Positions 41,601 through 53,229 of a stretch of 60,000 nucleotides of DNA are shown here, in pieces. Location of the stretch: contig OZ076409.1 of the NCBI GenBank assembly GCA_964187785.1, positions 59,708,001 to 59,768,000 on the forward strand, in the 5' to 3' direction. This DNA comes from Amphiscolops sp. MND2022. Taxonomy: Eukaryota. Position 1 is the stretch's first letter. Every line of letters starts with the position of its first letter. The notes under the pieces were generated by a model. It saw only the letters and a program-made list of their open reading frames with translations. It had not been told where the DNA came from and did not search any database. The position numbers were made by a program, and so were the translations under genes.

Positions 41601-43790
41601 CATCAAAATATATAGAGTTTAGAAGTTTGTCATGTTCCTTAAAAAACCGAAAACGGAGATCTGAAACAAGGCAGTTTTCAAAATCTGCCGAAACGCAGAC
41701 GAGGAAACAACACCGGGAACACTGGCAATTAGGATGACCATTTAGAGAGTCCCACAAAACGAAGTAAAAGATAATTCAACAAAAACACTGTTGGATGTCT
41801 ACCGAGGTCCATCAGAAAAACCAATCAGGACCACGGAAATGTCCATTTTTTTAAGTCTTGGTTGGCCAACTGAAATGCAGTCGACACTAGCAGGGCTACC
41901 AACGAGCAGGTGCAAGAAAAAGCCCCATCCACGAAGGAACTTTCAAATAAGTCATCAAAATTTAGAGTTTAGAAGTTTGTCAAGTACCTTATAAAGGTGA
42001 AATCAGAGATCTGAAAACAAGGCAGTTTTCAACATCTGCCAAAACGCAAACGAGGAAGCAACACTGGGAAACACTGACAATCAGGAAGATCATTTAGAGA
42101 GTCCCACAAAACGAAAAGGAAGATAATTCATCAAAAACACTGTTGGATATCTACCGAGGTCCATCAGAAAATCAAATCAGGACCACGGAAATTTCCATTT
42201 TTTTAGTCTTGGTTGGCCAACCTAAATACAGACGACACTAGCAGGGCTACCAACGAGCAGGTGCAATATAAAGCCCCATCCACGAAGGAACATTCAGTTA
42301 TGTCATCAAAATATAGAGTTTAGAAGTTTGTCATGTTCCTTAAAAAACCGAAAACGGAGATCTGAAACAAGGCAGTTTTCAAAATCTGCCGAAACGCAGA
42401 CGAGGAAACAACACTGGGGACACTAACGATTAGGAAGATCATTTAGAGAGTCCCACAAACTGAAAAAAAAAGATAATTCATCGCAAACCACTGTTGGATA
42501 TCTACCGAGGTCCATCAGAAAATCAGATCAGGACCACGGAAATTTCCATTTTTCTAGTCTTGGTTGGCCAACTGAAATACAGACCACACTAGCAGGGCTG
42601 CCAACGAGCAGGTGCAATATAAAGCCCCATCCACGAAGGAACTTTCAGTTATGTCATCAAAATATATAGAGTGTAGAAGTTTGTCATGTTCCTTAAAAAA
42701 CCGAAAACGGAGATCTGAAACAAGGCAGTTTTCAAAATCTGCCGAAACGCAGACGAGGAAACAACACCGGGAACACTGGCAATTAGGATGACCATTTAGA
42801 GAGTCCCACAAAACGAAGTGAAAGATAATTCAACAAAAACACTGTTGGATGTCTACCGAGGTCCATCAGAAAAACCAATCAGGACCACGGAAATGTCCAT
42901 TTTTTTAGTCTTGGTTGGCCAACTGAAATGCAGTCGACACTAGCAGGGCTACCAACAAGCAGGTGCAAGAAAAAGCCCCATCCACGAAAGAACATTCAGA
43001 TAAGTCGTCAAAATATAGAGTTTAGAAGTTTGTCAAGTACCTTATAAAGTGAAATCAGAGATCTGAAAACAAGGCAGTTTTCAACATCTGCCGAAACGCA
43101 AACGAGGAAGCAACACTGGGGACACTAACGATTAGGAAGATCATTTAGAGAGTCCCACAAACTGAGAAAAAAGATAATTCATCGCAAACCACTGTTGGAT
43201 ATCTACCGAGGTCCATCAGAAAATCAAATCAGGACCACGGAAATTTCCATTTTTTTAGTCTTGGTTGGCCAACTGAAATACAGACGACACTAGCAGGGCT
43301 ACCAACGAGCAGGTGCATTATAAAGCCCCATCCACGAAGGAACTTTCAGTTATGTCATCAAAATATATAGAGTTTAGAAGTTTGTCATGTTCCTTAAAAA
43401 ACCGAAAACGGAGATCTGAAACAAGGCAGTTTTCAAAATCTGCCGAAACGCAGACGAGGAAACGACGCCGGGAACACTGGCAAATAAGATGACCATTTAG
43501 AGTCCCACAAAACGAAGTGAAAGATAATTCATTGAAAAACACTGTTGGATGTCTTCCGAGGTAGATCAGAAAAACAAATTAGGAACACAGAAATGTCCAT
43601 TTTTTTAAATCTTGGTTGGCCAACTGAAATGCAGTCGACACTAGCAGGGCTACCAACGAGCAGGTGCATGAAAAAGCCCCACCCACGAAGGAAAACTCAG
43701 TTATGTCATCAAAATATAGAGTTAAGAATTTTGTCATGTTCCTTGAAAAACTGAAAACAGAGATCTGAAACAAGGCAGTTTTCAAAAAAA
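35660..43790 (+). repeat. ~350-bp tandem satellite, about 23 units
   Basis: The agatctgaaa...gcagttttcaa anchor recurs at 35671, 36022, 36371, 36721, 37071 ... 43761; units are highly similar, with variant blocks. Confidence 0.95.
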
Positions 43791-43799
43791 AACAATCAC

Positions 43800-44231
43800 A
43801 AACACGCCGGGAACGGCTCAAGTCGGCGCCTCGCGCAAGGCATAAAAGTTTCACCGGGGCTCCTGGTTATAGTGTTCAGACGTTACACTCGCATACGAAA
43901 ATTTGTATGAAATCGTTGGTATATCAAATATCTCAAATAGCCGAAAATATCAAAAGGGGCCCTCTAGGACTTGCAAAAACTGTTATATTACCTTGAAACA
44001 GTAGAACAACTGGAGGAGGGTACTTTGCGGCCAAAACAATTCGCAAAAATCTCATTGCCTAAAAAATAACTAAGGTTAGACGCTTCTGTTTTCGCAGGAG
44101 TTTGTGAAGAACTTAAAAAGACCATCTTCATGGTTTATATTCATGCCTTTGATAACAAATAATATCCATTACATTGTGTGGCCAGTTGAACAGTCACTGT
44201 AATAGTCGGGTATTTTTAGTCACCGACTAAA
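43800..44231 (-). mobile_element. HINE-like element (family A-related) at the end of the satellite
   Basis: aacacgccgggaacggctcaagtcggcgcc ... caccgactaa. Confidence 0.7.
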
Positions 44232-44784
44232 AACAATCAAATGGATTGAAGCAAGAATCAATTCAGTTTTCATTTCAGCATAATTTTTCAAAGAATGTTG
44301 GATACCCCATTACGGTGCACAGGCAAGCTATTTTGCTGCTTGTCGTGGAATCCGGGACGCGAGGAAATTGTTTGTTAACTGTTTGTTATTTGTTTGGGGA
44401 ATCCGGGACATATGACGTAGTTTGCCAATTTTGCACGGTTAAAGGTATGGTCGTGGAATCCGAGGTATTGAAAGCACAAAATTGTGCTTTGAGCGAATTT
44501 AGCTTGCCTATGCACTGTAATGCCGCTGGGATCCTCCAGAATATCAATTCTGGTTCTCGAAGAATCCGTTTCTATAGATTTGTCTGTTCGTTTGAAAAAC
44601 AACATTAGGAGGGCTATAACCGGAATCTCGCTGAAAAGCCCCTTCCTTCCGCGACGAAAAGTTCTAGAAATAACCGAAAAATCGTGTTTAATTTTCTGTC
44701 CAGTTCGATCTGAAACAAATCGGATATCTAGAGCAGCTGTATTCAGATGGAAACACATCGGAAGTAAATACAATAGGAAGAACT

Positions 44785-45055
44785 AACACAGAGGCGAAGC
44801 GATGCTTCGCAACACATGACGAAGAACTCGATTTACGATACAGCATATTCGTATATATTCAACACTTCAATTTGCTTCAATGTAGCTCTAGTGGCGCAGT
44901 GATTAACACCTACGCCGTGAAATCGAGAGGCCGCTGGTTCGAATCTCTCTGGGCTTTTGACTTTTTTCCGAAAGGCGCTCATTATGAAGTTGTCTATTAG
45001 AAACAGAATAAATTGGGTGGGCTGCAATGCACATTGACTTCGTCATGTGCAATAA
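44785..45055 (-). mobile_element. HINE-like element, family C, copy 1, carrying a tRNA-like cassette (44885-44955, + strand)
   Basis: Subterminal inverted repeat cacatgacgaag / cttcgtcatgtg; hairpin gcgaagc-gat-gcttcgc; A box TGGCGCAGTG and B box GGTTCGAATC. Confidence 0.7.
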
Positions 45056-45118
45056 TATGGATCAAGTTATCAGAGAAGATTACTAAAGAAACTAAACTGT
45101 TCCAAAACGGAGTCCATT

Positions 45119-48100
45119 TCATTTGTGATCCAGGAAGGGTGGTACGGACGCCAAGTATAGCTTGTTTCGAGACGTCATGAAAAACATTTTTTCGAAAGAT
45201 ATTGCTTCAATCATGTCTTCTTCCCCGGTAAACTCAACTTCGAAAAAGAATTGGCTTCTTGGACAATCAAGAATGGTGACGACGCCTTTTGCAGCCATTT
45301 TCTTGATTTGAGCGAACTTCCAGCCACTGGTATAGCTATCATCACCCATGATAATGAAAAAAACGATCTGACCGAAAATATTGTCACTTCCAATTTCTGC
45401 TCTTATGAAGCTGTTGGGACACGCAGGACATCTTCTGTAGCATACTGAATCAAAATACACACCGTCAACAAAAGAACGTGAAAGAATCTGAGCGCCGGGG
45501 TGAATTTCCAAACAATTTTCTATCTGGGCCAGAGGTAGAACATCCCTCGAGAAGTTTTTCTCGGACGATTTCCCAGTTTTCCACCATTGTTGAAGCAATT
45601 CAGCGGCTCTGTCATCCTCAAAAACAGCAGATGTGAGCTCTTGTGCTTCTATATAGCGGCGACAAATGACTGAACAGTGAGAATGCGTGCCAGAAAAACA
45701 TTGATTGAGCGTCCTATTGGCAGATTCGAAGGCCATGGCTGAGAATACAAATAAGGGACCATATGAGCGGCATTGATAGGAGAGATGTTTAAGGCAGTGC
45801 ACATTAATGGTTTCAGCAGTCTCAGACTGGAAAACATCCTTGACTCCACTGCAGAATTTCTCTAGCAGACTTTCAGCAACGACAATATCTTCTTCTGCAG
45901 AGGACTGCATAAGTATACGGATACCAAAAACCAAAAACAAAAGTTGGTGGTAAAGACTATCAGACAAGCGTTCTCGAAAAATGATGGGACTCACAAACAG
46001 CAAATAATTGAAGTATTCACTCGCTTTGAAATGACCCATTTGGGAAGGGTCACGAATGTTTCGACCATGTTCTATAACTTCCAATGGTGCATGTATCATC
46101 TGGACTTCTTTGCAAACTTCCATCTTAGATTGAGTGCAGAGAGATTTCCACAGTAATTTCAGTAATTCCTGAAGGTAATGTTAGCAAATGTACCTCAGTC
46201 AAAATTAATTGTTGATGTTAATACGTGATTGTTTTTTTCTATCAAAAACGAAAACAAGTAGGAACAAATTCAGCTGATGTGAATAAAAAATGATGTAAAA
46301 AGAGAAAATTCAAAATTTGCTAACACTACCTGGAAACAACCCAAAAAAACGCAGTGCATATAGTCTATTCCGGCACTGAGGGGAAGATCTTTAACTAATC
46401 CGTGAAACGCACTTCTACCTTTCACACCACAAACATTCGTTGTCGATGATGATGCATTCAACTCTGCGGCAAGATAAACATATTTATCGTTCAACTGCGG
46501 TGTCCTGATTTGGAATGATTGGTCGTTGGGATAATATGAATGAGTACGGTTGATAGTTTTCCCCTCTATTGTGCAATAGTTACAACCATAAAAGCCATTG
46601 TATTGAACCTAGAGTTTCAAGCTGACAGTTTTTTCCGTTATTGTAAATACTCGTTTGAACATTATTCTGAACTTCCACTTACCATTACAAAACATTGTAT
46701 GCATTTCGTTTCCAACTGAAGTTCGGCCATTAAAAAGAATAAACGTTTTTTATATGGTTTTCTGAAAATTTTTCCACGAGATGTAGCAATCGTTGCACAT
46801 GCAATGTAGTTATAACAAACCTTTACTATCATTTGCGGTATAGTATTTGCGGTATCCAATTTGCTACATCAGACTTAGCGCTTGGATCAACAAACACCTA
46901 TTTTTTCTTTTGTATGTTCAAAGTTCATGTTCAGCTCAAAACACTAGTTGTACCATGTTCAGCAAACTACATTTTGCGATAAGATCCGCAACGATGCCCA
47001 TCACCTCGAATCTGACTTCATATTGAGCGGAGAGGCACCTTCTTCCGGAGCTCCTGTGCTATTTGGGGCACAATTTCTTCCCATGGAGGTTTGGAGTTAC
47101 CAACGAACAAGGATGCCAAGGAAATGTTTTTTTGAGCCATTCTCAGCTTGGGGGGCAAATTAGCAACAGCCAACCAGAATGGCCACAGACTGGTATTGCT
47201 AGAGTTCACGATGCTCACGCCATCAGTGGAAAGGATCAACTGAACTTCCAGAACAGTGAAACATCGGTGGACTGGTTTAACTTTCTCGATGGGAAAGTCA
47301 TTTATCACTTTCGATTTCTCTTTGTGTTCGGAGTACGAAAACATTGTCTCTTAATTTCTCTCCACTATCTGTTTTAAGAAATCAGTAAAGCTCAAAACGC
47401 ATACTTCACCGCGGCTGAGTTGCTTAGCTTCCAGTGACATCTTCCTCTTATTTGTCTTCATCTTATAAATGAAAGAAAATTGCGGCGGTAATTAATTTTC
47501 CTCAGGAAGAAGACAGTCGACCAGTTCGTAAAGCTTCTGCATGCCAAAATCGCTCAAATGGAATTTCGAGCAGAATGAACGGAGCAAAAGGATGGCATTA
47601 TTGACTCCTATGTCAGCGCCTGCATATAGGGGTTGTCCCATGGTAGTGAGAGAACTTTCTTCGAATTTCGGATTTACATATTCTGAAGTGACACTGGATA
47701 CAATTCCTGAAAAATGAGGACTGTGGCAACTTCTTTCAGGGAGTGGCGACGAAATTTTCGTTTGCAGTGGAATCGAAGGGGATGAAGCTGAGTTGCTAGT
47801 CAATTCATGATTTGCTACATCAGAAGTATGAAATACTTGAGACTGGGAAAAACCAACAGGATCTTCCGAGGTAGTGCTTTCAGGGGATCTGTCGAAGAGT
47901 AATTCATCTGACTCATAGGCAACCTTGAAGGCTCGGAGTTTATCAGCCCAAAAAACTCGATCTGGCCTCTTCCGAGAAACGGCTTTGCTGTCACTTAAGG
48001 CTTTTTCCGACAGAAGGTGTTCAACAACACTGCATATTTCCTCATCAACAACTTCCTTTAAAACACTTTCCGAGTACAAAATGCGGCTGTTCTCCAAATA

Positions 48101-48808
48101 AGTCGATTGCTCACAGGTGGCACAAAGACAACTAAAACTTTCGAAGAAATCTTCAGAGTACTTCACTAATCTTTCGGTATTAGGATAAATAGATTTGATG
48201 GCTCTCAACTTGACTACTTTGGGATCACTACTGAAATCATACACAGCATTTGGATCGCAATCAGAGTTTACGAAGCGCACAGGGCCTAACATCAAAAACG
48301 ACACACCCGGTGAAGAAATTTTCTGGATAATGCTCAATTCGGTTATATTATCGGGAATCGTAGCCAGAAAGCCCACGGGTGACGAAGGGAACAAGTCTCC
48401 GGGCCGAATTCTATCTTCACCAACATAAAAGAGACAGTAACCTCCAAAGGCATCATGTTTTATTTCGTATAAACCATGAAGATCCTCGTAAACGGCAAGA
48501 CAAACCTAATAACAGTCTGCAAGCGACCTATCCCGTTGACATTGCTTGAGGAAGGCATCGATTGGTCTTAATCTCAAAACCGTCATTGCTTCTCGACCCC
48601 CGTATTCGACATTTGATCGTACAACTTGTCCATCACTGTGACTTAGCATTCGCCAGTCTAGATCTTTTGGCAACATCATATATCTTAAAGATAAACAAAC
48701 TGCAGAAAATCAAAAACTCAAGGGAAGATGGAAATTAGAAATTAAGAGACAGCAGAAATGCGACTTTGACAAGGGCTTTTTTGAGATACATGTAGGTTTC
48801 TTACTCAT
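45119..48808 (-). pseudogene. SET domain (Suv4-20/Set9-like) fused to EnSpm/CACTA transposase; spliced and disrupted
   Basis: Putative exons 48805-48808, 46954-48699, 46330-46608, 45119-46168. SET/post-SET motif LGPVRFVNSDCDPN...KYSEDFF..CLCATCE. Transposase motifs PLYAGA..LLPEEN, STDG..SLWP..NLPP, VADL, QYNGFYGCNYC, GVKG, DYMHCVFLG, FKASE, NVHCLKHL, GPL..SAMAFES. Stops at 48506-48508, 47492-47494 and 47351-47353, and a frameshift near 47020. Confidence 0.88.
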
Positions 48809-48952
48809 TGATTCAGATCAATATTCAAAATCAACTACAGAAATTGTATTGCAGAAAAAATTCGGGCCAATCAAAATTAAACTGCAGCAGTACAACGAAG
48901 AACGGCAAACAATTAGTTACGAGTAAATCAACAGGTGAGAGGGGAAGCTTAT

Positions 48953-50846
48953 TCAAAGAACCGTTTCCGAAAGCACGTTTTTGTCTATTTGAACAGAAGT
49001 TTCGTTCATTTCGTTCATCTGGGTGGAATCTCTGGAGTCAACACCGCTGCTGCTCCTTCGCGATGCCTTGTATTTCGCTTCGGGACCCATCTTATTAACG
49101 CTTAATTTGGCTTCTTCATAAGCCGTTATCCTATTGTCCCCATACTTTCCACGGAAGGCATCTAAACACCAAAAAACTTCCATTTCTCAACAATTTGAAT
49201 CGGCGCATCAAGTGACAGAAAAATTGACAAGGGACGATAATGTTAAACTTTTTTTACTTGCCTTTGCATAGTTCTTTTCTCCGGGGGCTAAAATCTGGCC
49301 GGCTGCTATTATTTTTCTTCTCCGGAGACATCATGCATTGGTTGATCTCTTCTGGGGAAAAAAGCGCCGACATTACAAGGCGCCCATACGCTTTAGGGGT
49401 TTTGGCTTTCAAGGCCAGCAAATTCTCACCGTCGTAATTTACGGCCGGCTTCCCTTCAGGAGTTTCTTCAATCGGTGCTGTGAGACCAAGTCTCTGGACA
49501 GCTTTAGTCTAAAACAAAGAGCAAAATGAGAAAGACAAAAGCGATTCAAGCTCCCATGCATCGAAGGCTCCAATTGCGATTTTTCACAGAAATTTCCAGA
49601 ACGTTTTCGAATGGAAAAAAGCAGTTTCGCGCGAAAACGATAAAACTTTTACAGACAGTCGGAAGACTTTTTACTAACCAAGTCGACTATGACTCGTTGA
49701 AACTTCGAGATTTCTGCGGCATTTTTATTGGTCAGAGTGTTCAATGACCGATTGAAAGTTTTAACACTTGAGTCCAGTTGGCTAACGACACTCGTGAGCT
49801 GCTGGACTGCCCCCGAAAGACCGTGATTATCAGGCTGACTGGGCTGAAAACAACAGTTGCAGTAGCTGAAATGTTCTCCGAATAGCAGTAGCAAATCCAA
49901 AAATTCTATCTAACTCGAACCAAAACTGCATAAGAAAAATCTCTAGCTTCATCCCAAATTCATTGATTAAAAACAACTCAAAGCCTGGGGTTCATTAAAA
50001 ACATGTAATTTTGCTGGCCATGACCGCAAGTTTTCTGAAACATATCGTTATCAATGTTGCTTTAAATTCAGTTTATTCGGAAAACAGCTGGTGAAACATT
50101 GATTTCGATTCAAACGGCTGCCTCATATATAGGCCGTTGGATGGAAAGTAGTCAATTGAACTTTTTTTAAAAACGAACTTTCATTGTGGAGAAATCAATC
50201 TTTTCCACATCCAGTGTGGTCAACACTTTTTTCTTAAGAGGAAGTGCAGCCGTTGGCGTAGTAGCCGGTCGTTTTTTCGGCACGGGGCAACTCGATCGGA
50301 CTTCTTGACAGGGCATGTTGTCCTGAAAGACAGGAGTTTACAGGGATAAAAGACACGAAAAAATTGAACAGTGACAAATTAGAAATTTATTAGAGCAATG
50401 ATACTCAGCGGAGGCCCCGATAAAAGCCTGCTTCAACGAAAATGAATAGAATTATTGTAAAATACTGAGATATAAATCAACAAAAACTCACCTCAGATGG
50501 AACTTCTACAACATCCACTGCTTCGACCATCTGGCTTGTCGAAGGAAAAGGAGTGCAGTGGAACGAAAATTCCAAATCGGGCTCCCCACTATGCTCCTTG
50601 CACGCCTGTGACAACAAGGTGAGACACTTCTCCACATGTTTTCTCCATGAACTTGAAAACGAAAACATCCCCCACTTTTGCAAGTGCCCGCTGCGCGAGG
50701 TTGCACTCGATCCCCGAAAATCCTGCTGCCACTACCATCAATTTTCCATCTTCAAAAAAGTAGACCAGCCAGTGAACATCTTTAAATGGTCATCTTCAAA
50801 ATCATCACAGCGAGTGCGGATTGGTCGTTGGATGATGGACGACATA
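48953..50846 (-). CDS. Transposon accessory gene: coiled coil plus C-terminal BEN domain (5' exons degenerate)
   Basis: Exons 49679-49843 (heptad repeat VQQLTSVVSQLDSSVKTFNRSL), 49262-49508 (TPKAYGRLVMSALFSPEEINQC..RPDFSPRRKELCK) and 48953-49161 (YEEAKLSVNKMG). Upstream exons near 50200-50322 and 50492-50846 contain stops or frameshifts. Confidence 0.65.
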
Positions 50847-51496
50847 ATTTTGATCTGTAGCAACAAAAAAAAACGTTTTGGAGATTTAATACTGAACGCG
50901 GTTGAAAAGCAACAATTGAATGCAAATTCTGAAGTTGAAAAAATTGATTACGTAATACCATTAACAAGCCGTGAAAAGAGCTCATGTGGGCGCCCCGCTC
51001 AAGGCACAAAAGTTCATATGGGGGCGTGGTTTTGGTCACTCGCTGAAAGTCCAGAAAAAAACAAATCTGTAGGGTCTCAGGAATTCGAATATTTCGATGA
51101 GAAAAATTCAGTTTTATTTTACCAAGGTAATAAGAAGGGGAGGCTAGAGTGAGGAAATATAAGCCAGAATGACAAAACTTCGGCAAGCGAGAAAACAACG
51201 AGCAACAGTGAGTGATTTCTCGGATTTGATTGATTCTTTCATGCGAGCGCCTCTTGGTAGTGGAATGGTTCCTGTCTCACATAACTCGCTTCAATACTAC
51301 AACTATTATTACTATATAAAGCTAGCAGATAAACTGTGATGCCAGAAGAAGCATTACTTTAAGTATCAGATTATAAAACACTGATTATGGATCCATGAAG
51401 ATGTTTTAGATGAACTCAAAACAAATCAATATTAAAGTTGGAAAAACATCAAAAATAACAAGAACAGAGTATATCATGTCACAGAAGCGAAGCTGA

Positions 51497-52104
51497 TCAA
51501 AAGAACCTCTCTAGGGAGGGATGGTGCTGTCGCCCTTTGCAATCCAGGGCAGAGTGAGCCCTCTTCGGTAGCTTTTTCTTCTTTAATGCCTTTTTAGTAT
51601 CAAACATCCTCATGGAACTTTGAAAATTCTGCCTAATTGAAGTAAGTTCTTGCTCATTGAAGAAGGATGACGTCTGCAGTATTTCTTCACATCTTCTCGC
51701 TGCCTCGATTGTCAGAAAGTTCACCTTGGTCAGAGATTCCTCGATTATAAAAATGAGGCGGAATCAAAAATCAAAACGTCAGAAAATCATCAAGGCCCAT
51801 TCAAATATATCCTCAAAAGCCAAAAACATAAGTAATAAAAACTGCGACAAGATATCGCGGAACCTCTGACCTTCACCCAACCCAGTTCGGCTGAAAGTAC
51901 GTTTATTGATTCGACCTCAGCGAAATATTGTGCGAACATTTGCTCAATGACCATCCTACCGATGGGCACACTGGGAAAAACTGGTGGTAGATTTGAGTGG
52001 GGTTTCCGTTTAAGAGAAAGTGTTAAGAAATCATTCTCGCCCCCTGGCACTGGTTCGTTGAGAACGTCCCTCGATTTCACTTGATGGCTTGGAATTTTTC
52101 CCAT
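51497..52104 (-). CDS. Transposon-borne two-exon gene, ~160 aa, unknown function
   Basis: Exon 51871-52104 (MGKIPSHQ...ELGWVK, donor gtcag) joins 51497-51739 (ESLTKVNF...LERFF*) in phase 0; basic C-terminal patch KKALKKKKLPKR. Confidence 0.55.
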
Positions 52105-52465
52105 TTTTGTCTGCAAAAGAAATTTCACTTAGAAAAATCACCCAAGCAGTTCGAAAACATTAACACCTACAAAATACCTAAAACGAGTTGCTAATCTTAC
52201 CTACCAGCGGCTTCAGGAAACGCGGTGCCGAAAAGCGTCCTCAATGCTACCCGGGTCATTGAGGCAACCCATTGAAGTTCCTGTCTCTCAAAAATCTTTT
52301 CAATACTACTACTATTAAGTAACCGAAGAAGCTAAGATTTTTTTTTCATTGTTCTCTCATAAATTACGTCATGGTGTGTAACCCAACCCTAATAGTACTT
52401 CAGAAATTCGATTTTTTCCGAAGTCTTTCAACCGGCTTTTTTTGAATTTGGAAGTAAAAAACATT

Positions 52466-52730
52466 GACACAGAGGCGAAGCGATGCTTCGCAACACATGA
52501 CGAAAAAAGCGATTTACTATACGGCATATGCGTATATATTCAACATTTCAACTGACTTCAATGTAGTTCCTATGGCGCAGTGGATAACACCTCTGCCGTG
52601 CAATCGGAATGCCGCAGGTTCGAATCTCACCGGGGCTTTTGGCTTTTGTCTAAAATTCACTCATAATGCAGATGACGATAGTGGAAAAAAACTAAGCTAG
52701 GTAGACTGCAATGCACATTGACTTCGTATG
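52466..52730 (-). mobile_element. HINE-like element, family C, copy 2, with tRNA-like cassette (52566-52636, + strand)
   Basis: Homologous to 44785-45055 and in the same orientation. Confidence 0.7.
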
Positions 52731-53229
52731 AGTTCGCATGAAATAAGAACGGTTCATCGTTTCAGAGCGTCACTTCTAATGTGCACAGTTGGGAATCTGT
52801 GCATTACGAAAACATTTGTGAGCGACCGATTTTTTTTCTTATTTATATTTTTTCTCCTTTACTTTTTTACTTAAATACTAAAGGGGTCGTACGCATCGGG
52901 GCCACGTTTTAGGATGGATGATTTTTTAAGGAAATTAATAAATGGTTTTCGAGATAGTTCTATTTTCCACCAATGAGCTGGTGGAGGGTTGTCAGTCCCA
53001 AGGCCAATGAGCTGGCCACCAATGAGCTGGTGGGAGTGTCCGCTTACCTTTCGGATGGCGTTAGACAGAGGTTCATTATAGTAATGTTCTGAATTATCAA
53101 TCAAATTGAAAAAAAAGGTTCATTATAGTAATGGTCTGAATTATCAATCAAATTGACAAAGGATCAAATTTTATCGAATGATGAAAATACAAGCTACAGT
53201 ATCACAAAATTGAGAAACAAATACGGTGA

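Noticed and set aside
35865..43854. Repeated 85-aa ORFs (MWDSLNGHPNC...) as a tandem gene family
   Set aside because: They occur only in some satellite units, use non-ATG starts, are broken by 1-2-bp indels in other units and show no domain.
44246..44786. Overlapping 88-132-aa ORFs next to the satellite
   Set aside because: No recognisable motif; the region has short repeats (gtcgtggaatccg) and lies between two inserted elements.
44885..44955. Functional tRNA gene (also 52566-52636)
   Set aside because: A and B boxes are present, but the acceptor, anticodon and T stems are mismatched and the two copies differ at the anticodon position.
46609..46953. Mobile insertion in the transposase
   Set aside because: It has GT...AG ends and its removal restores LLNM|VQYNGFYGC, so it is better read as an intron.
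50553..51152. 199-aa plus-strand ORF
   Set aside because: It is antisense to the 5' part of the BEN gene, has a non-ATG start and no recognisable motif.
52968..53156. Triple ccaatgagctgg motif and a ~40-bp direct repeat
   Set aside because: Too short to assign; no TIR or TSD found.
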